Below, one piece after another: positions 38,868-48,944 of a stretch of 64,000 bases of DNA (the stretch's first letter is position 1; every line of letters begins with the position of its first letter). This DNA is from Erythrobacter sp. (lineage in GTDB: Bacteria > Pseudomonadota > Alphaproteobacteria > Sphingomonadales > Sphingomonadaceae): NCBI GenBank assembly GCA_009993605.1, contig JAACTB010000007.1, positions 771,333 through 835,332 of the forward strand. The letters are read 5' to 3'. Made by a program: the position numbers and the translations under genes. The notes below the pieces were generated by a model. It saw only the letters and a list, made by a program, of their open reading frames with translations. It was not told where the DNA came from and ran no database searches.

Positions 38868-38950
38868 AATTCGGGCCTTCTAAGTGGTCGGGGAAGAATT
38901 CGGGGTTTCGCCCATGAAACCCGCGCCACCTTCGGAAGGTCCTCGAAACA

Positions 38951-39700
38951 TCACGCGGCGAGATAGAATTCCGCCAGCACCAGCCCCGCATACAGAACCG
39001 TGCCGCTCAGGAACGGCCAGAAGCTGCTTTCGCGTTCCTCCGGCAATTCCTCTTTCAGGATGACCAGAATCATCGCCCCGCCCACGAAGGCGAATAGGCA
39101 ACCGATCGCGATCTCGGGCAATTCCACGAACAGCCCTGTGATCCATCCCGCCAGCGTCGCCGCGACAAGCGCCCAGCGGCCTGCGTGGTCGTAGATTTCG
39201 GGATGATCCGCTCGGCTGGCGAAATCGGCGGTGACGAAATGCAGCAGTAGCGCGACGAAGAACAGGGCGAGCCCGCCCACACTCGCATCCTCGCGGTGGT
39301 TGAGAAGGTAGGCGACGATGAAGATCAGCAAGCCGCTCGCGGCGATATGCAGCCAGAAGATCCCGCTACGGGGGCGGGTGTCGCGTCGTTCGCGCCCGCC
39401 GCGCGAGACCACCAGAGCGCGCTCGATCCCGTAGAACAGCGCGAGGCCCGCCAGCGACAGGGTGTAGACCCAGGCTTCCGCCGCGCCGCGCGCCAGGCCC
39501 GTCGCGCGCTGAAACGTCGCGCCATGCGCGCCCAGTTCGGGCAGGATGTGGAGGAAGACGTAAGCGACCGCCACGCCGCCCGCGAAGCTCAGCCAGCGGC
39601 TGCGCGGCTCGACATCGAGGAAGCGCAGCCGTCCGACGAACAGATGCACCGCGCAAAAGGCGAGCGCCATGAAGGCGGTGACGGGCTCGATCGCGGGCAC
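38951..39700 (-). CDS. Polytopic membrane protein, divergent ZIP-transporter-like
   Basis: About 7-8 hydrophobic segments; FLHILPEL and AFVGGAM...KEELPE resemble ZIP family motifs. Confidence 0.5.
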   Translation of the reverse strand: MPAIEPVTAFMALAFCAVHLFVGRLRFLDVEPRSRWLSFAGGVAVAYVFLHILPELGAHGATFQRATGLARGAAEAWVYTLSLAGLALFYGIERALVVSRGGRERRDTRPRSGIFWLHIAASGLLIFIVAYLLNHREDASVGGLALFFVALLLHFVTADFASRADHPEIYDHAGRWALVAATLAGWITGLFVELPEIAIGCLFAFVGGAMILVILKEELPEERESSFWPFLSGTVLYAGLVLAEFYLAA

Positions 39701-39731
39701 GAAAGCGGCCTAGCGCGCACGGGCCGATGCC

Positions 39732-39765
39732 GAAAGGGGCGGGCTGTCAGCCGCCCGCCCCTTTC
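39732..39765. terminator. Intrinsic terminator after the TonB-dependent receptor
   Basis: 13-bp perfect inverted repeat GAAAGGGGCGGGC / GCCCGCCCCTTTC. Confidence 0.8.
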
Positions 39766-39776
39766 TTGACGCTCGA

Positions 39777-42098
39777 TCAGAAGCGGACTTTCGCGCTCAC
39801 CCCGTAAAGCCGCGGCTCGGCGGGAATGAAGGTCGGGATGCCGAACGCGCCGCCGGTATTGCCGGCATCGAGCAGGTAATCCTCGTCGGTGGCGTTGCGG
39901 ATGAAGCCCGCGATCTCGAACCGGTCGTCGCCGAAGCTGACGCCCGCACGCGCGTTCACCAGCGTCACGCCTTCCTGCGAGATTAGCGGATTGTTCGGCA
40001 CTTCGAAGAAGATGCGGCTGCGATAAGTCACGCTGGGCGTGGCGAAGACGCGCATGCCGTTGCCGAGCGGGTAGTCGATCGTGAAGCCGCCCGCCGCCTG
40101 CCATTCGGGCTGGAGGCGGAAGCGGTCGCCCGCGAAGACGCCGTTCTCCGGCTTGTCGTCGATCCCGCCGTCGATATAGCCGACATTGCCGAACACATTG
40201 AGCCAGTCGGTCGGGTTCACCGCCAGTTCCGCCTCGACCCCCAGATTGCTGGCGCTGCCCGCGCTTCTTGTGACGCTGGTGCCGTCGGGCTGGGTGATGG
40301 TGACCTGGAAGCCCTCATATTCCTGGTAATAGACGCCCAGCGAACCCGACACGACGCCGCTGGCGAATTTCAATCCGCCCTCGTAATTCCAGACCGTCTC
40401 TTCGGGGACGGGTTGCAGATTGGGGACGACCGCCCCGCCTGCGCGCCGCGCGCTCAACTGCACCACCGGCGAGCGGCGGCCTTTCGAGACGGTGGCGAAG
40501 ACGTTGAGATCGGGGGTCAGGCGATAGAGCGCGTTGAAGCGCGGCAGGACGGCGGAATAGCTGGCATCGGCTTCGAACACGCGCCCGCCGGTATTGAGCT
40601 GGCCGGGGATCAGCGGAGCGCCGGTCAGGACCGAATTGGGCACGTTCGTGACATAACCCGACTTCCTCTGCTCGATCAGCAGGCGCGCGCCTGCGGTCAG
40701 CTCCAGCGCGGGCACGGGAATGAAGGTGACGTCGGCGAAGGTCGAATAGCTCTGATTGTCGCCGCGGTTCTCGAACACCGAGGAATAGGGAATATTGGTC
40801 AGCCCTAGCCAGGGCACGCTGCCATCCGGAGCCACGCATGGTAGCGCGCCGAACGGGCGCCCCGCCGCCGGAACTCCGAACAAGCCAGTGAGACACTGGA
40901 GAAACGTGCCCTCCTCGGTCGAGAAGGGGACGTTTTGATTGCCCTTCTCGGTGAAGAAATTCCAGCCGAAGGCGGCGCGCCACATCGGATCGACATAGCT
41001 GAAGCGGCCCTCATGGCTGAACTGCCACCCTTCCGCGATCTCCGCGAATTCAAGGAAAGGCGCCGGGCCGCCATCGGCGTCGAACACCTCGGCGCTGTCG
41101 AATTCGCGATATCCGTTGACCGTGGTGAAGGTCCAACTGTCGCCGAATTCGTATTCCGCGGTCAGATTGGCATCGTACACCTCGCGGTCGAGGCCCAGTT
41201 GCGCATCGCCCAGCGCGGCTTCGGAATAGGGCGATCCGCCCAATTGCGCGTCTCCGAACGGATCGGCCGGGCCGTTCGCGGTCGGGAATCGGCCCGAAAT
41301 GAACGGCGTGCCGCCATTGCGCTGGCGGTCGAACGTGCCGATCAGATCGACGGTCAGGCGGTCGGTCGGCGTGAACCGCAGCGATGCGCGCACGCCGAGA
41401 TTGTCCTGCGCATACAGCTCTTCCTCCTGCGAGGCGGCGAGATTTTCGACATAGCCGTCGCGCGTGCGCCATTCGAAAGCCACGCGCCCGGCGAGCACGT
41501 CCGACCCGGCATTGACGTATCCCGACAGGAGCGTCGCATCGAAATTGCCGTAGCCGCCCGCGATTTCGCCGGAGAAGCCGGGGCGCGGCCGGGCGCTGAC
41601 GAGACTGATTGCCCCCACCGCGCTCGCCGTTCCGAACAGAGTTGCCTGCGGGCCCTTGATAACCTCGACCCGGTCGAGATCGTAGATCGCCTGATAGGAT
41701 CCGCGCGAACGCGAGATGTCGACGCCGTTGTAATAGAGCGTGACGCGCGGCCCCTGCTGCGAGGAGCCCGAATCCGACGTGATCCCGCGGATGACGACGC
41801 CGGGATTGTTGGCGCTCTGTTCCTGGATATTGAGACCGGGCACGTAGTTCGACAATTCGTCGAGATCGGTGACGCCCAATTCCTCGATGCGCTCCCCGCG
41901 CAGGGCCGAGATCGTGATCGGCACGTCGGCGGCGCGCTGTTCGATCTTCTGGGCGGTGACGATGATCTCGTTCGCCGAAGAGGGCTCGGGTTCCTCCACC
42001 TGATCCGGCTGGGCGGCGGCCTGCGCCTGAAGAGAAGCGACGGGGACGAGCGCGCTGGAAAGGGCGAGCAGGCGGATTACGGAACGCGAAGGCGACAT
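39777..42098 (-). CDS. TonB-dependent receptor
   Basis: Signal peptide, EIIVTAQK, DRVEVIKGPQATLFG, ends RLYGVSAKVRF. Confidence 0.95.
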   Translation of the reverse strand: MSPSRSVIRLLALSSALVPVASLQAQAAAQPDQVEEPEPSSANEIIVTAQKIEQRAADVPITISALRGERIEELGVTDLDELSNYVPGLNIQEQSANNPGVVIRGITSDSGSSQQGPRVTLYYNGVDISRSRGSYQAIYDLDRVEVIKGPQATLFGTASAVGAISLVSARPRPGFSGEIAGGYGNFDATLLSGYVNAGSDVLAGRVAFEWRTRDGYVENLAASQEEELYAQDNLGVRASLRFTPTDRLTVDLIGTFDRQRNGGTPFISGRFPTANGPADPFGDAQLGGSPYSEAALGDAQLGLDREVYDANLTAEYEFGDSWTFTTVNGYREFDSAEVFDADGGPAPFLEFAEIAEGWQFSHEGRFSYVDPMWRAAFGWNFFTEKGNQNVPFSTEEGTFLQCLTGLFGVPAAGRPFGALPCVAPDGSVPWLGLTNIPYSSVFENRGDNQSYSTFADVTFIPVPALELTAGARLLIEQRKSGYVTNVPNSVLTGAPLIPGQLNTGGRVFEADASYSAVLPRFNALYRLTPDLNVFATVSKGRRSPVVQLSARRAGGAVVPNLQPVPEETVWNYEGGLKFASGVVSGSLGVYYQEYEGFQVTITQPDGTSVTRSAGSASNLGVEAELAVNPTDWLNVFGNVGYIDGGIDDKPENGVFAGDRFRLQPEWQAAGGFTIDYPLGNGMRVFATPSVTYRSRIFFEVPNNPLISQEGVTLVNARAGVSFGDDRFEIAGFIRNATDEDYLLDAGNTGGAFGIPTFIPAEPRLYGVSAKVRF

Positions 42099-42394
42099 GA
42101 TGAGAAATTCCCGTCGTTGAAAGACGCCAGCCCCATCGTCGCTCCGCATGACCGGGGCGTGTCGGTTGCGTTTCGTATTGGTGAAACCGAGCCGTTTCTG
42201 AAGGTCGAGGCGGATCGGTGTGCCATTTCGGACACGCCTGCCTGCGGTCGGATGGCAGAAAGCCAGGGCAAGGATGCTTCGATCGCAGTTGCGCTGTCGC
42301 ACAGATATTAGCCGCCCGACCCGCGCAACCTAGCCATCGATCAAATTCGCCCCGCAAGGATGACAGCGCGCCTCTGGTCTGTATGTATCGCCTC

Positions 42395-43870
42395 ATGCAG
42401 ACGGGAACACTCATCACGCTCGCCCTCTATTTTCTCCTGATGATCGGGATCGGCCTGTTCGCCTGGAAGCGATCGACCGACACCAGCGAAGGGTACATGC
42501 TGGCGGGGCGGAACCTGCACCCTGCCGTCGCGGCGCTGAGCGCGGGGGCATCCGACATGAGCGGGTGGTTGCTGCTGGGCCTGCCCGGCGCGCTCTATGC
42601 GGCCGGCCTCGTCGAAGCGTGGATCGGGATCGGGCTGTTCGTCGGCGCGGTCGCGAACTGGATCATCGTCGCGCCGCGGCTGCGCCAGCAGACCGAGGAC
42701 CTGGGCAATGCGCTGACCATCCCCGAATTCCTGGCCAATCGCTTCCCCGACAAGGCGAAGACGCTGCGCGTCGTCTCGGGCCTCGTGATCGTCGTGTTCT
42801 TCACCGTTTACACCGCGGCGGGTCTCGTCGGCGGGGGCAAACTGTTCGAGACCGCCTTCGCCAATATCCTGCCCGCGAGCGGGATGAGCGACTACATGAT
42901 GGGCATCTGGATCACCGCGCTGGTTGTCCTTGCCTATACGATGGTCGGCGGGTTCCTGGCCGTCAGCCTGACCGACTTCGTCCAGGGCTGCATCATGGTG
43001 GTCGCGCTCGTCCTGATGCCGCTGGTCGTAATGTTCGGCCCCGGCGGCACGGCGGGCGGATCGATCGAGGCGGTCGCGGCGAGCCAGCCGGGCTTCCTGA
43101 GCCTGACGCAAGGTCTGACCTTTCTGGGCTTCGTCAGTGCGGTGACCTGGGGGCTCGGCTATTTCGGCCAGCCGCATATCATCGTGCGCTTCATGGCGAT
43201 TTCCTCGGTCGAAAAGGTCAAGGTCGCGCGCAATATCGGGCTGGCTTGGATGGCGGTGGCGCTGGTCGGGGCACTCGGCGTTGGGATTGCAGGCCGCGCC
43301 TATGCGCAAAGGAACGGCATCGTGCTCGACGATCCCGAAACGATCTTCATCGTGTTGTCGGACCTGCTTTTCCACCCGCTCATCACCGGCTTCCTGTTTG
43401 CAGCCCTGCTCGCCGCGATCATGAGCACGATCAGCTCGCAGCTGCTCGTATCCTCCAGCTCGCTGACCGAGGATTTCTACCGCCTGTTCCTGCGCAAACA
43501 CGCCAGCGAGCGCGAGGCGGTCAATGTCGGGCGCGTCTGCGTCGCGCTGGTTGCGGTGGCCGCGATCTTCATCGCGCGCGATCCGAACAGCGAGGTTCTC
43601 GGCCTCGTCGCGAACGCCTGGGCCGGGTTCGGCGCAGCCTTCGGCCCGCTGATCATCCTCGCGCTGACCTGGGACCGGATGACCGGTGCGGGCGCGGTGG
43701 CCGGGCTTCTGACGGGCGCGGCGGTGGTCGGCCTGTGGATCGCGCTTGGCCTCAACAGCGACTTCATCAACGGCCAGGGCCTCTACGAGATCGTGCCCGG
43801 CTTCATCGCGTCGTGGCTGGCGATCGTGCTTGTCAGCAAGGCCACGGGAGGCCACAAAGCTCCCGCCTGA
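42395..43870 (+). CDS. putP: Sodium:proline symporter (SSS family)
   Basis: YMLAGR.L.P.VAALSAGASDMSGWLLLGLPG, GLGYFGQPHI..RFM, LAAIMST..SQLL. Confidence 0.9.
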   Translation: MQTGTLITLALYFLLMIGIGLFAWKRSTDTSEGYMLAGRNLHPAVAALSAGASDMSGWLLLGLPGALYAAGLVEAWIGIGLFVGAVANWIIVAPRLRQQTEDLGNALTIPEFLANRFPDKAKTLRVVSGLVIVVFFTVYTAAGLVGGGKLFETAFANILPASGMSDYMMGIWITALVVLAYTMVGGFLAVSLTDFVQGCIMVVALVLMPLVVMFGPGGTAGGSIEAVAASQPGFLSLTQGLTFLGFVSAVTWGLGYFGQPHIIVRFMAISSVEKVKVARNIGLAWMAVALVGALGVGIAGRAYAQRNGIVLDDPETIFIVLSDLLFHPLITGFLFAALLAAIMSTISSQLLVSSSSLTEDFYRLFLRKHASEREAVNVGRVCVALVAVAAIFIARDPNSEVLGLVANAWAGFGAAFGPLIILALTWDRMTGAGAVAGLLTGAAVVGLWIALGLNSDFINGQGLYEIVPGFIASWLAIVLVSKATGGHKAPA

Positions 43871-43885
43871 TTGGGAGAGAATTCA

Positions 43886-45655
43886 ATGCGTTTCCTTACC
43901 GCCGCGGCCATCCTGGCCCTGATTGCCCACCCCGCCACGGCGCAAGATGCGAAACCCATAGAAGAGCAGATCGGCGGCGGCGGACGCCCGGTCGGCGCAA
44001 ACTGGTCGCACAGCCCGGTGATCGCGGAAAACGGCATGGCCGCCACCGCGCATCCGCTGGCGACCCAGGTGGCGCTCGATACGTTGAAGGCTGGCGGCAG
44101 CGCGGTCGATGCGGCCATTGCCGCCAATGCGGCGCTCGGCCTGATGGAGCCGACCGGCAACGGCATTGGCGGCGATCTGTTCGCCATCGTGTGGGACCCG
44201 AAGACCGAAAAGCTTTACGGCCTCAACGGCTCGGGCCGCAGCCCCAGCGGGCAGACGCTGGCGCAGCTCAAGGAAAAGCTCGGCGATGCGACATCGCTGC
44301 CCGCCTATGGCCCCCTCCCCGTAACCATTCCCGGCACGGTCGATGCCTGGTTCGAACTGCACGATCGCTTCGGCAAGCGGACCATGGCGGAAAACCTCGC
44401 CCCCACCGTGCGCTATGCCCGCGAAGGCCATCCGGTCGCCCCGGTCATCGCGATGTATCTCGACCGTTCGCTCGCCGCCTATTCGCGGCGCGAGGACGAA
44501 TTCGATTTCTCGAATGCGCGCAAGGTCTGGTTCGCGGACGGGAGCGCTCCGGAAGCGGGCGAGATTTTCAGGAACCCCGACCTCGCCAATACTTTGGAGA
44601 CGATCGGACGCGAAGGGCGCGATGCGTTCTACGACGGCGCGCTGGCCGAAACGATGGTGAACTATCTCCAGCGTCAGGGCAGCGCCTTCACCCGCGCCGA
44701 TTTCGCCGCGCATGACAGCGAATGGGTCGATCCCGCCTGCGCGACCTATCGCGACGGGTTCGAACTGTGCGAGCTGCCGCCCAACAGCCAGGGCTTCGCC
44801 GCCTTGCAGATGGTTAATATCCTCAAGAACGTGGACCTAGCGCAATGGGAGCGCGGCAGCCCCGAGGCCATGCATTACATGACCGAAGCGAAGCGCTTGG
44901 CTTACGAGGATGTCGCGCGGTTCTATGCCGATCCGGACTTCTCGCCGACGCCGATGGACCTCTTGAGCGAGCGTTACGGGCGTGAGCGGTTCGCGCTGAT
45001 CGATCCGGCGAAAGCCACCGCCTATGGCCCCGGCGAACCCAAGCTGGAGGGCGAAGGCGACACCACCTATCTGACCGTGGTCGATGGCGATGGGATGATG
45101 GTGAGCCTCATCCAATCGAACTATCGCGGCATGGGCGGCGGCTTGGTGCCCGACGGCCTCGGCTTCATGTTCCAGGACCGGGGCGAGCTCTACAGTCTCG
45201 ATCCCGCCCACCCCAACGCCTATGCGCCCTCCAAGCGCCCCTTCCAGACCATCATTCCCGCTTTCGTGAAGAAGGACGGCGCGCCTTACATGACGCTCGG
45301 CCTGATGGGCGGCGGAATGCAGCCGCAGGGCCACGTCCAGGTGCTCGTCAACATCGTCGATTACGGGATGAACCTGCAGGAAGCGGGCGATGCGGCGCGC
45401 TTCAACCACGATGGCGGACGCCAGCCGACCGATAGCGTCAGCGGCCCGATCGAGGACCCGATGGGCACGCTGTTCGTCGAACCCGGCATCCCCGCCGCCA
45501 CGATCGAACGGCTGCGCGCGATGGGCCACAAGGTCGAAGTGGTCGATAACGGGATCATGTTCGGCGGCTATCAGGCGATCGCGCGCGATCCTGAAACCGG
45601 CGTCCTCACCGGCGCGACCGAAATGCGCAAGGACGGGCAGGCCTCCGGCTACTGA
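43886..45655 (+). CDS. ggt: Gamma-glutamyltransferase (secreted)
   Basis: Signal peptide, GGSAVDAAIA, EP.GNGIGGD, PGTVDAW, autocleavage Thr in GDTTYLTVVD, KRPFQTI, GG..QPQGH. Confidence 0.9.
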   Translation: MRFLTAAAILALIAHPATAQDAKPIEEQIGGGGRPVGANWSHSPVIAENGMAATAHPLATQVALDTLKAGGSAVDAAIAANAALGLMEPTGNGIGGDLFAIVWDPKTEKLYGLNGSGRSPSGQTLAQLKEKLGDATSLPAYGPLPVTIPGTVDAWFELHDRFGKRTMAENLAPTVRYAREGHPVAPVIAMYLDRSLAAYSRREDEFDFSNARKVWFADGSAPEAGEIFRNPDLANTLETIGREGRDAFYDGALAETMVNYLQRQGSAFTRADFAAHDSEWVDPACATYRDGFELCELPPNSQGFAALQMVNILKNVDLAQWERGSPEAMHYMTEAKRLAYEDVARFYADPDFSPTPMDLLSERYGRERFALIDPAKATAYGPGEPKLEGEGDTTYLTVVDGDGMMVSLIQSNYRGMGGGLVPDGLGFMFQDRGELYSLDPAHPNAYAPSKRPFQTIIPAFVKKDGAPYMTLGLMGGGMQPQGHVQVLVNIVDYGMNLQEAGDAARFNHDGGRQPTDSVSGPIEDPMGTLFVEPGIPAATIERLRAMGHKVEVVDNGIMFGGYQAIARDPETGVLTGATEMRKDGQASGY

Positions 45656-45720
45656 CACGCGAGATAAAGGTCGGGTTTTCTTCGGCCTGCGTTAACCAAA
45701 TGGGCGGCATAGCGGGGGGC

Positions 45721-46407
45721 ATGTTCCGCCGTGCCGCCGCCCGTTTCTCGACTCTGGCTCTCCTCGCCCTCCTCGCCGCCTGCAATGCGCTGCCGACGGG
45801 CCGCGCGCCCGAGCGGATACCGACCGGGCCGATCTCGCGCCCCGCCGTTCCGCCCGAACCGACTCGCGAGGCGCGCCAATGCCTCGCCGAACTGGCGAAA
45901 GACGGTACCCGCTTCGCCGTCCAGCCCGACGCCTTCTACGGGGCGGGCTGTTCGACCGTGAACACCGTGCGGATCGAAGGCCTTACCAGCGATGCGGACA
46001 CGATTGCGGTCACCAATCTCGGCGCGGTGACCTGCCCCTTGGCGCGCACGTTCGGCGGCTGGGCGCGCTATGGCGTCGATCGCGCGGCGCGCCAGATACT
46101 CGGGAGTGCGCTGATCCGCATCGAGACGATGGGCAGCTATTCCTGCCGCAACGTGGCCGGGACGGGCCGCCGCTCGGCGCATGCGCGCGCCGAAGCGATC
46201 GATGTCGCGGCCTTCGTACTGGCCGACGGGCGCAGGATCAGCGTGCTCGGCGACTGGAATTCAGGCGAGGCGGACGAGCGCGAATTCCTGCGCACCGTGC
46301 AGCGCAGCGCCTGCAAGCGCTTTGGAACGGTGCTGGGACCCGATTACAACGCCGCCCACGCCAATCACTTCCACCTGGAAGAAGGCAATGGCAGCTTCTG
46401 CCGGTAA
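45721..46407 (+). CDS. Extensin-like C-terminal domain lipoprotein
   Basis: Lipobox LAAC, GSYSCRNV, SAHA...AIDV..F.L.DGR, CKRFGTVLGPDYN..H.NHFH. Confidence 0.85.
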   Translation: MFRRAAARFSTLALLALLAACNALPTGRAPERIPTGPISRPAVPPEPTREARQCLAELAKDGTRFAVQPDAFYGAGCSTVNTVRIEGLTSDADTIAVTNLGAVTCPLARTFGGWARYGVDRAARQILGSALIRIETMGSYSCRNVAGTGRRSAHARAEAIDVAAFVLADGRRISVLGDWNSGEADEREFLRTVQRSACKRFGTVLGPDYNAAHANHFHLEEGNGSFCR

Positions 46408-46408
46408 T

Positions 46409-47161
46409 CTATTCGGGATCGGGCTGGTAGAAGCTGTAATCCGGTAGCGAATGGAAGGCGTGCTTCAGCGCATCGCCCCAGCCTGCGGAGATCGCCTGGA
46501 AATAGGGATCGTCGTAGGCGATCCGCTCGGTATGGGTCGCTTCGAAGGTGTCGCGCGGGATCACCATCAGATCGAGCGGCAGGCCGACCGAAAGATTGGC
46601 CTTCAGCGTCGAATCGAAGCTCACCATCAGCAGCTTGACCGCATCTTCCATGCTCATTTCGCGGTCGTATCCGCGCAGGATGATGGGGCGGCCGTATTTG
46701 GTCTCGCCGATCTGGAAGAACGGCGTGTCCGCGCTTGCCTCGATGAAATTGCCTTCGGGGTAAACGAGGAAGAGGCGCGGCTCCATGCCGGCGATCTGGC
46801 CCGCCACGATGATCGAGGCGGTAAAGCGCCCGCGCCCGCGATCGCCGTTTTCCTGCTGGCGATTGCCGACCGTATGGCGCAACAAACGACCGATCTCGCT
46901 CGCGACCTGGAACATGGTCGGCGATTTCAGCAGCACGTTGTCGCGCTCGTCCGGGGCTTTCATCCGCTCTTCGAGCTGGCTCACCACCGCCTGCGTCGTG
47001 GCGAGATTGCCTGCGGTCATCACCGTGATGATCCGCTCCCCCTCGACTCTCCAAGAGAACATCTTGCGGAACACCGAGATGTTGTCGACGCCCGAATTGG
47101 TCCGGGTGTCGCTCATCAACACGAGGCCCTTGTCGACCATCATGCCTACGCAATACGTCAT
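46409..47161 (-). CDS. Proteasome-beta-like Ntn protein (Anbu)
   Basis: MTYCVG (Thr exposed after Met removal), SDTRTNSGVD, AGNLATTQ, QIGETKYGRPI, DST..ANLSVG.P. Confidence 0.9.
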   Translation of the reverse strand: MTYCVGMMVDKGLVLMSDTRTNSGVDNISVFRKMFSWRVEGERIITVMTAGNLATTQAVVSQLEERMKAPDERDNVLLKSPTMFQVASEIGRLLRHTVGNRQQENGDRGRGRFTASIIVAGQIAGMEPRLFLVYPEGNFIEASADTPFFQIGETKYGRPIILRGYDREMSMEDAVKLLMVSFDSTLKANLSVGLPLDLMVIPRDTFEATHTERIAYDDPYFQAISAGWGDALKHAFHSLPDYSFYQPDPE

Positions 47162-47184
47162 TGAAATCCCCAGCCCCTCGGGCG

Positions 47185-48000
47185 TTACTGCTGTACCTGT
47201 CGCTGCTCCACCGCCACCTCGACCTCCAGCTCCTGCGAGGCGGTGCCGAAGCTGATGCCGGTGACGGGAGCGGCATCGCGGTAATCGCGGCCCGTGGCAA
47301 CCCGGACGTAGCGCTGATCGGGGCTGATTCCGTTCGAGATATCGAACCCGACCCAGCCAAGGCCTTCGACATAGGCTTCGGTCCAGGCGTGGGTCGCGTC
47401 CTGTTCGACCCGGTCGTCCATCATCAGATAGCCGCTGACATAGCGCGCCGGAATGTCGAGCATCCGGGCCGCGCCGATGAAGATATGGGCATGGTCCTGG
47501 CAGACCCCGGCCCCCTTGCCGAGCGCCTCTTCGCCTTTCGTGTCGACCCCGGTGCTGCCGATCCTGTATTCGACGCGATCGAGAATCTCAGCCGACAGGG
47601 CATGAAGCATGTCGAGCGGTCCGAGATCGCGACCGCGCAACTCCGTGGCGAGCGCACGCATCTTGGGGCCGGGCCGGGTCAGGTCGCTCTGGCTGCAAAA
47701 GCTCCATAGCGGCAGGTGCCCCGCATGCTGCCCAATCACGCCGGCATGGTCGCTGGTGTTGACTTCCCCCCGGCAGGTGATCGTGACGATCGACGCCTCG
47801 CTATCGACCGAGACCAGCGTGGTCGTGTTGTGGTGCTGATCCTCGTAAGTCAGTTCGGGCGAGGCGTTGTCGTATTCCATCTCCCAAGACACGATTTCCT
47901 GCCCCTGGGTTTCCTTGGGCGTCAGGCGCAACCGCTGGAGTGCGTGGACGACCGGTTCGGAAAAACGATAGCGGGTGGTGTGGCGGATCGAGAGGCGCAT
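47185..48000 (-). CDS. Transglutaminase-like protein
   Basis: IRHTTRY N-domain; catalytic triad GVCQDHAH / HAW / GWVGFD; GRDY.DA.P. Confidence 0.92.
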   Translation of the reverse strand: MRLSIRHTTRYRFSEPVVHALQRLRLTPKETQGQEIVSWEMEYDNASPELTYEDQHHNTTTLVSVDSEASIVTITCRGEVNTSDHAGVIGQHAGHLPLWSFCSQSDLTRPGPKMRALATELRGRDLGPLDMLHALSAEILDRVEYRIGSTGVDTKGEEALGKGAGVCQDHAHIFIGAARMLDIPARYVSGYLMMDDRVEQDATHAWTEAYVEGLGWVGFDISNGISPDQRYVRVATGRDYRDAAPVTGISFGTASQELEVEVAVEQRQVQQ

Positions 48001-48944
48001 CAGGACAGGAACCTGTAATCTTCGGAAATGGCCGCGCCGATCGCCGCGTTCGACGCCATGAACTGGCGCAGGAATTCGTGGAGGCCTTGATCGAAGATCG
48101 AATCGATCGTGCGTTCGCTCAAGGAAATGTCGGCGCTGCGCATCAGCATGTTGCTCTGCCCCTCGCTCCCGCGCATCCGCGCGAGCGCGGCGAGGTTTTC
48201 CCGCAGCGCGGTCTGGCAATAGGAGAGGCTTCGCGGGAAGCGCTCGTCCAGCACCAGGAATTCGACGATGCCGCGCGCGTCGATCTGTCCGGCATTGAGC
48301 CAGCGATACGAGCGATCGCCCGAAACCGCGCGCAGGACCGTGTCCCATTGGCCGGTATCGAGGCTGGAGCCGACATAGGACAGCGACGGCAGCAGCAGGT
48401 AATATTTCATGTCGAGAATGCGCGCGATGCTGTCGGCGCGTTCGATGAAGGTACCCGCGCGGGCGAAATGGAAGCTTTCGTCGCGCAGCATCGTGCCGAT
48501 CACCGCGCCATGGGTCAGCGTGCCCGCGCGGCGCACTGCCGCAACCACTTCGCCGACCCGCTGTTCGCCGACCGGGCGCTCCAGCATCTCGCTGATCTGC
48601 AACCAGCTGTCGTTGACCGCCTCCCAAACCTCGCCGGTGATGACGTTGCGCGACTGGCGCGCATTCAACCGCACATTGCCGAGCATGGCGAGGACGCTGG
48701 CGGGATTGTCCTTGTCGCGCAGGACGTAATTCCAGGCCTGCATCCCCGTATAGCTGGCGTTCTTCGCCTCGTATCCCGGCTGCTGCCCGGCGGTGAGGAT
48801 GACCGAACGCCACTCCTCCTCCGCGCTCACCACGTCGCGCGTCAACGCCATGCGCAGGCCCGTGTCGAGCAGGCGCGCGGTGTTCTCCGCCCGCTCGAGA
48901 TAGCGGAACATCCAGAACAGCGAATTGGCGGTGCGCGCTAGCAT
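48000..48944 (-). CDS. Alpha-E domain protein
   Basis: MLARTANSLFW..RY.ERAENTAR, second ERAD..ARILD repeat, FPRS. Confidence 0.9.
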   Translation of the reverse strand: MLARTANSLFWMFRYLERAENTARLLDTGLRMALTRDVVSAEEEWRSVILTAGQQPGYEAKNASYTGMQAWNYVLRDKDNPASVLAMLGNVRLNARQSRNVITGEVWEAVNDSWLQISEMLERPVGEQRVGEVVAAVRRAGTLTHGAVIGTMLRDESFHFARAGTFIERADSIARILDMKYYLLLPSLSYVGSSLDTGQWDTVLRAVSGDRSYRWLNAGQIDARGIVEFLVLDERFPRSLSYCQTALRENLAALARMRGSEGQSNMLMRSADISLSERTIDSIFDQGLHEFLRQFMASNAAIGAAISEDYRFLS

